A stretch of DNA of 64,000 bases, from NCBI GenBank assembly GCA_016839555.1, contig JAEOUA010000008.1:32001-96000 (forward strand). The letters run 5' to 3'. The position numbers and the translations under genes are program-made. This stretch comes from Promethearchaeota archaeon. GTDB lineage: Archaea; Asgardarchaeota; Lokiarchaeia; Sigyniarchaeales; SOKP01. Below the pieces are notes generated by a model. It saw only the letters and a program-made list of their open reading frames with translations, was not told the origin of the DNA and searched no databases. This document shows positions 59,212-64,000 of this stretch, piece by piece. Position 1 is the stretch's first letter. Every line of letters begins with the position of its first letter.

Positions 59212-59306
59212 TTTATTTTATTATTGATTTGATTTGATTAAATGATTTAAATTCTTCAAAAATTTTAAACTTTGATAATTTAAATAATTTTAACTTTTTA
59301 TTGTAA

Positions 59307-61217
59307 TTAAAAAGTCGTGATTTCCCTAATTGGAAGAGTTTTAATTTTTTTTAATATGGGGATAAGGCTTATATAATTTAAAACAATAAAAAAGCCCAAA
59401 ATTAATCCAGCCAATAAAATTGGTATATATAAGGGTGGTAAAATTACATTATCAAATAAAAATAAGGAATTGATTATCATGCCTCCCGCTAGAGTTAAAA
59501 TAATTGCCGAAATTAATATAAAAACCCCTTCGAAAAATAGAATTCTTCTTAAATTTTTCAATTTGGATCCAATTGCTCGCATCACTAGAAAGTCCTTAAT
59601 TTTATCAGTTAAATCCCCTTTTTGAAAATTATAGAGAGAAAAAATTGAGACAATTGCCATTAAACCAATTAAAATCAAGTTATTCCATGTTAAATTATCG
59701 ATGAATTTAATGTTTTCAGTAAAAAAATAGTTTAAGCTAATACACATAAAATTTTCTCCTAAGGTATTAATAAGTGGAGCTATTTGACTTATTGTATATT
59801 CAAATGTATTTGGAACTATTTTTATAATGGCGATATTTATATCCTCAGAATTCAAATTTAACATGCTTTGAAATTTGTTTAAATCCATATAAGCAGCAAA
59901 TCCGGAATAAAATGTATCTATAAAAACTCCTGAAATGAAAAATTGCTCTCCGAAATTAATAAAGTTTACTTTCTGTTTTAACGGATCCTCAAAAAAATTA
60001 TTAGCTAAGCCATCACCTACAGTTAGAGTATAATTTGCATTTTCTTGTGTAAAAATATATCCATTAAGTTCATAGAATTGGACGAGTGTGCTAAAACTTA
60101 AGCCAATTACCGGAAAATTTCCAAACCTATTCTGACCAATAGTTATAATCTCACCGTTTTCGGCTGTTGAAATCCCTTGAATTTCTTGAAGATCACAGAA
60201 TTTTATAAGTCTTTTATCCACTCGAAGAATAGAGTTAATATTTTGTAAACCTTCGATTTGGGTTGAATTAAATATATATTTTTCATCTGTAAAATCAATA
60301 AGATATTTATGGATTAAGAGATCTGGGTTCGAAAACATCGAATACATATTTGCATATGCAATAAGTACGTCTCTATGACCTATCATTATAATATCCTCTC
60401 CTTGAGCTTTATTGATCCATGTCTTTGAGGTTTTTCGAAGGACGAATGCTCCCAAACTAACCGTAAAAATGATCATTAAAATAATAAGAAAAACCACAAA
60501 ATATTGTTTAAATTTGCCTTTTCTTCTTTTTATATTTAAAAGAGATAATTTAACATTTCGACCAAAATAGGATAACCATTTTGGGATATATTTCAATCTC
60601 TCTGCTGTAAAATGATAAGGAATGTCCCTTGAAATCATTTGAACAATGGTTTTTTTAGCGATTCGTTCTATGTATATCGCAGATACAGTTAAGCATCCTA
60701 ATGAGCTTAAAATAAATAATATAAGGGGGAGTAATATATTAAATTCAAAAATAATTAAAAAATCAAAAAAATTGATTATATATAGGAATATGAAATAAAA
60801 TATTATACCTAAACCTAATCCTAAAGCAAAAGCAATTAAAAAAATCAAATATGCTTCCATAAGATAAAATTTATAAATCCTTCCGGGCAATGTCCCAAAT
60901 GCTTTCATAATAGAAATATCTTTTTTTTTACTTGAAATAAACGCGAAAGAAATAATCATTACAAACACTACTGATAAAATAAAGATTAATACAATTAGGA
61001 TAGACGATAATTCGGAATAATTATTATATATCTCCCCCGAAAAAAAATAGATATTCATATATGCTCGCTGTTGATTGATAAACACACTTAAATCCAGTGA
61101 GGTTGAAAAAAGAATTAAAAAAATGCTTACCGCTATAATTAAACTAATAGTTAAAATATATGGAAAATTGACTCTCCGTTTGCGATAAAAATCTTTGAGG
61201 GTAAAATCAAAACTCAA
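59307..61217 (-). CDS. FtsX/MacB-like ABC transporter permease
   Basis: KKDISIMKAFG and DFLVMRAIG motifs; TM clusters around a large loop. Confidence 0.85.
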   Translation of the reverse strand: MSFDFTLKDFYRKRRVNFPYILTISLIIAVSIFLILFSTSLDLSVFINQQRAYMNIYFFSGEIYNNYSELSSILIVLIFILSVVFVMIISFAFISSKKKDISIMKAFGTLPGRIYKFYLMEAYLIFLIAFALGLGLGIIFYFIFLYIINFFDFLIIFEFNILLPLILFILSSLGCLTVSAIYIERIAKKTIVQMISRDIPYHFTAERLKYIPKWLSYFGRNVKLSLLNIKRRKGKFKQYFVVFLIILMIIFTVSLGAFVLRKTSKTWINKAQGEDIIMIGHRDVLIAYANMYSMFSNPDLLIHKYLIDFTDEKYIFNSTQIEGLQNINSILRVDKRLIKFCDLQEIQGISTAENGEIITIGQNRFGNFPVIGLSFSTLVQFYELNGYIFTQENANYTLTVGDGLANNFFEDPLKQKVNFINFGEQFFISGVFIDTFYSGFAAYMDLNKFQSMLNLNSEDINIAIIKIVPNTFEYTISQIAPLINTLGENFMCISLNYFFTENIKFIDNLTWNNLILIGLMAIVSIFSLYNFQKGDLTDKIKDFLVMRAIGSKLKNLRRILFFEGVFILISAIILTLAGGMIINSLFLFDNVILPPLYIPILLAGLILGFFIVLNYISLIPILKKIKTLPIREITTF

Positions 61218-61226
61218 GTTTAGTAT

Positions 61227-61970
61227 TCACTCTTCTTTTTTTATTTTTCCATCATCAAAAAAGATAACTCTATCTGCTAACTCAATCAAAAGATCGTCAT
61301 GAGTAGCTATAATTACTGTTTTTTTTGTATTTTTTAAATTTGAAAAGAATTTTCGTATGAGATTTACTGTATCCTGATCTAAATTAGCTGTTGGCTCATC
61401 CGCAAGAATTAAAGGAGGATCATTAGAAATTGCTCTAGCTATTGCCACTCTCTGCTGTTCTCCCGCCGACAGTTGGAAAGGTAAATGCTCCCTTCTCTCT
61501 TCTAGCCCCACATCCTTTAACAGTTTTACTGCAACTTTTCTCTGTTTTTCTAAAGGGACTTCCGAAAGATTCATGGGAAACATTACATTTTCCTCTGCAG
61601 TCAAGGTACTAATTAAATTATAATTCTGGAAAATAAAACCTATATGGACCAATCTAAAGATTGCTAATGATTCTTCTTTCATTTCTGAAATTTTTAATCC
61701 AAAACAAACGATATCTCCTTCTGTTGGTCGATCTAATCCACCGATTAAGTTTAAAAGTGTAGTTTTCCCAGCACCAGAGGGGCCTTTAATTGCTATGACC
61801 GATGCAATGGATATATCCAAACTCACATTATCTACTGCTCTTACTATATACTCTCCAATTTCGTAGTCCTTTGTTACATTAGATAAAGTTATAAGATTAG
61901 TTATATTGTCTTTTTGATCATTTTTATTGTCATCAGAGGGGATATTCTTTTGTTGCTTTTTCTTTTTCAT
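61227..61970 (-). CDS. ABC transporter ATP-binding protein (LolD/MacB-like)
   Basis: [33 protein letters not shown]. Confidence 0.95.
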   Translation of the reverse strand: MKKKKQQKNIPSDDNKNDQKDNITNLITLSNVTKDYEIGEYIVRAVDNVSLDISIASVIAIKGPSGAGKTTLLNLIGGLDRPTEGDIVCFGLKISEMKEESLAIFRLVHIGFIFQNYNLISTLTAEENVMFPMNLSEVPLEKQRKVAVKLLKDVGLEERREHLPFQLSAGEQQRVAIARAISNDPPLILADEPTANLDQDTVNLIRKFFSNLKNTKKTVIIATHDDLLIELADRVIFFDDGKIKKEE

Positions 61971-62120
61971 TACCTTTTGAAAAACTTCAATGAAAAATAA
62001 AATTTACTCTAACACACTTTTTAATAAGATTGAAGCTGAAAAGAAGAATTATACGTTAGAAACCTAGACTTGTGGCACTCCTTATAAACTAAAAAAAATA
62101 AAAATAAAAAAAATGATATA

Positions 62121-62312
62121 TTACCTTCCGCCGGCAATATAAGGCAAGATAACAATTTCGTCTTCTGGACTTAAAGCAGTATCAGGGTCTGCTTTCTTAC
62201 CATTCACCAGAATACCGAAATATTTATCTTCCAAGTCCAGTTCCTTGAGAAGATCTCCTACAGTCATACACTTGTCAGGTGTAAGGGTCTCGTAAATACC
62301 AGATTCTAACAA
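62121..62312 (-). CDS. ThiS/MoaD/SAMP ubiquitin-like protein ending GG-R
   Basis: TVGDLLKEL, ILVNG, DEIVILPYIAGGR. Confidence 0.88.
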   Translation of the reverse strand: MLESGIYETLTPDKCMTVGDLLKELDLEDKYFGILVNGKKADPDTALSPEDEIVILPYIAGGR

Positions 62313-62685
62313 TTCGGAAATTTGTTTCAGTTTTATAAACCTCTTTTATTATAATATTTTTTTACTTATTATATAGATAAATTCATTTATATTTATAACT
62401 TTTTATTATTGGAAAAAAGTCTAATTGTTTTTAATAATAATTAATAGTTTTTAAGAATATATTTAAGAAGAGTAAATATGCGTGATTGCGTTTTTGAATC
62501 TTTTCTTTAGTTAAAAATTTTTGGTTTTTTTAAAATTTTCATTCAATTTATATATTTTTTATAATTCTCCTTTTTAGAACTAGCATAATAATTTACTTAA
62601 CTAACTTTATAGAACGAAAAATAATTACCTTTTAGAATTAAAATTAATTAGCATATATAGAAAACCTCAAGTTCGTTTGAGTTGA

Positions 62686-64000
62686 TCTTCAATTATCGAA
62701 GAAATTACGGATTATTCTGATTATTATCAGAATATAAGGGATGAGATAGCTGAAATTTCTAAAATTTCAAATTCAGAGGAAAGGCGTAAGCAAATCGAAA
62801 AAATAATATCTTCGGTGAATAGCTACATAAAAGAAATGTGTGAATCAGGGAATCGTTTAGAAGCCGGAGAATTACTCTATTCTATAGGAGGATTAATGAA
62901 AAAATATGAGAAATCTCGCGCTTTAGAGTTATATGATAAAACTATTGTACTGTGGGAAGAAGAGATTGAAGATTATAAAACGCAAGGAAAGCTTCATGAA
63001 ATTAGTGAATTATTTCTAAGGATTGCAGAACTATACAGAGAACAATATAATAATGCGGAGTTAGAAAAAAGTTACATACTAAAGAGTATAGAATTTTTGA
63101 TCCAAGAGAGTGATCTTTTAGAAGGGTTTAATGAAGGTAGAAAGCTTGCTCAAATATATCAAAATATTGCTGAATTATATTTAAAGCTTTCAGATATTAA
63201 ACATGCGATTGAGTATTATACAAAAGTCATAAAATTTGCGAAAGAAAATCATTTATTTGATATTCTTCCTTATTCTTATCGTCAAATCTCCTTTTGCTAT
63301 AAGAAACTGAATGATCCTCATAAAGCAAAAGAGATTCTAGTAAAAGCAATTGAATTTTTTCTCAAATTATATCAGAAATTAAGTAAAAAAAATGAGAATT
63401 TAGCAGTTGCCCAAATATGTCAGATTTTAAAAAATCTCTACAGAACATTAAGGGAATGGAAATCATATAGCTATTATTCAAAAAAGGAAGCGGGAGCATA
63501 TATCAGTTTAGCGGAAGGACTCAAAGGAAAAGAGGATGGCTTCTATAAAATCGCCCGGTATTATCGGGGTGCAGCTTTATGTTATAAAGATACTAATGAT
63601 AATCTACTTGAATCTGCCTCTTGTTTTTTGCTGGCTGGGAATTATTGTGAAAAAATAGAAGATTATAATCAAACTGCTATAAACTATTTCGACTCTGCGA
63701 TGATATTTAAAAAAATAAAAAATTACGAATTAGCATATAAGTTATTTATGAAAGCGGGAGATAATTATTCGAAAATAAAGGATCATAATGGTTCAAGTAA
63801 AAGTTATCTTTATGCTTATGAGGTAGCACTGGAAGGAAATTTAGAATTTAATAGTTTTGGCTTATTCAATCAAATAATTCGAGAATTACATATTATGGCG
63901 AAAGAAGGGCTTAAAAATAAGCAATTTTTTAAGGCGGCAACATTAATTCTTGAAAGTATAAAATTTTATGAACAATTAGATAACGCAGAAGAATTTTTAT
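62686..64000 (+). CDS. TPR / alpha-SNAP-like helical repeat protein (runs off the window; start uncertain)
   Basis: Frame open from 62686 to the end (>430 codons); LAQIYQNIAELY, AALCY, SASCFLLAGNY, LFMKAGDNY; first GTG/ATG at 62815/62836. Confidence 0.8.

Noticed and set aside
52570-62690. Genome-wide TGA reassignment, suggested by in-frame TGAs near 52580 and 62683
   Set aside because: polB2, iRadA, cysS, MNT and the ABC ATPase all end normally at TGA
1-64000. CRISPR arrays, rRNA, IS elements/integrases, provirus
   Set aside because: No regularly spaced repeats, rRNA-like GC-rich tract, transposase or integrase motifs, or tRNA-end duplication seen by eye

Overview
Very AT-rich archaeal chromosomal segment, most consistent with an Asgard archaeon of the Lokiarchaeia/Promethearchaeota type. 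This assignment is inferred from an intron-containing archaeal tRNA, PolB2, longin/uDENN-like and Ras-like domains, an SDS22-type LRR protein, a SNAP-like TPR protein, and many URO-D/MttB/corrinoid paralogues. The window holds housekeeping genes (class I aminotransferase, CysRS beside tRNA-Cys, RNase Z, GmhB), a split iRadA / arCOG07300-like / PolB2 damage-tolerance module, two MNT-HEPN toxin-antitoxin pairs (one with a frameshifted toxin), thiol-redox and O2-defence genes, and a non-pyrrolysine MttB/corrinoid/MtaA-like methyltransferase cluster flanked by a trans-sulfuration lyase and two CCG proteins. The most striking unannotated signal is at 2018-2428 (minus strand): TATA box, then a 23-aa Val-rich leader peptide, then a switchable ~110-nt RNA hairpin containing an anti-Shine-Dalgarno segment, then a Val-free 45-aa microprotein. 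This looks like a ribosome-stalling translational attenuator in an archaeon. A second candidate is a stand-alone ~125-nt structured RNA (56586-56714, minus) with its own TATA box and U-tract. No CRISPR array, rRNA or transposase was seen. All calls come from reading motifs and base pairing by eye; no database search or folding program was run.
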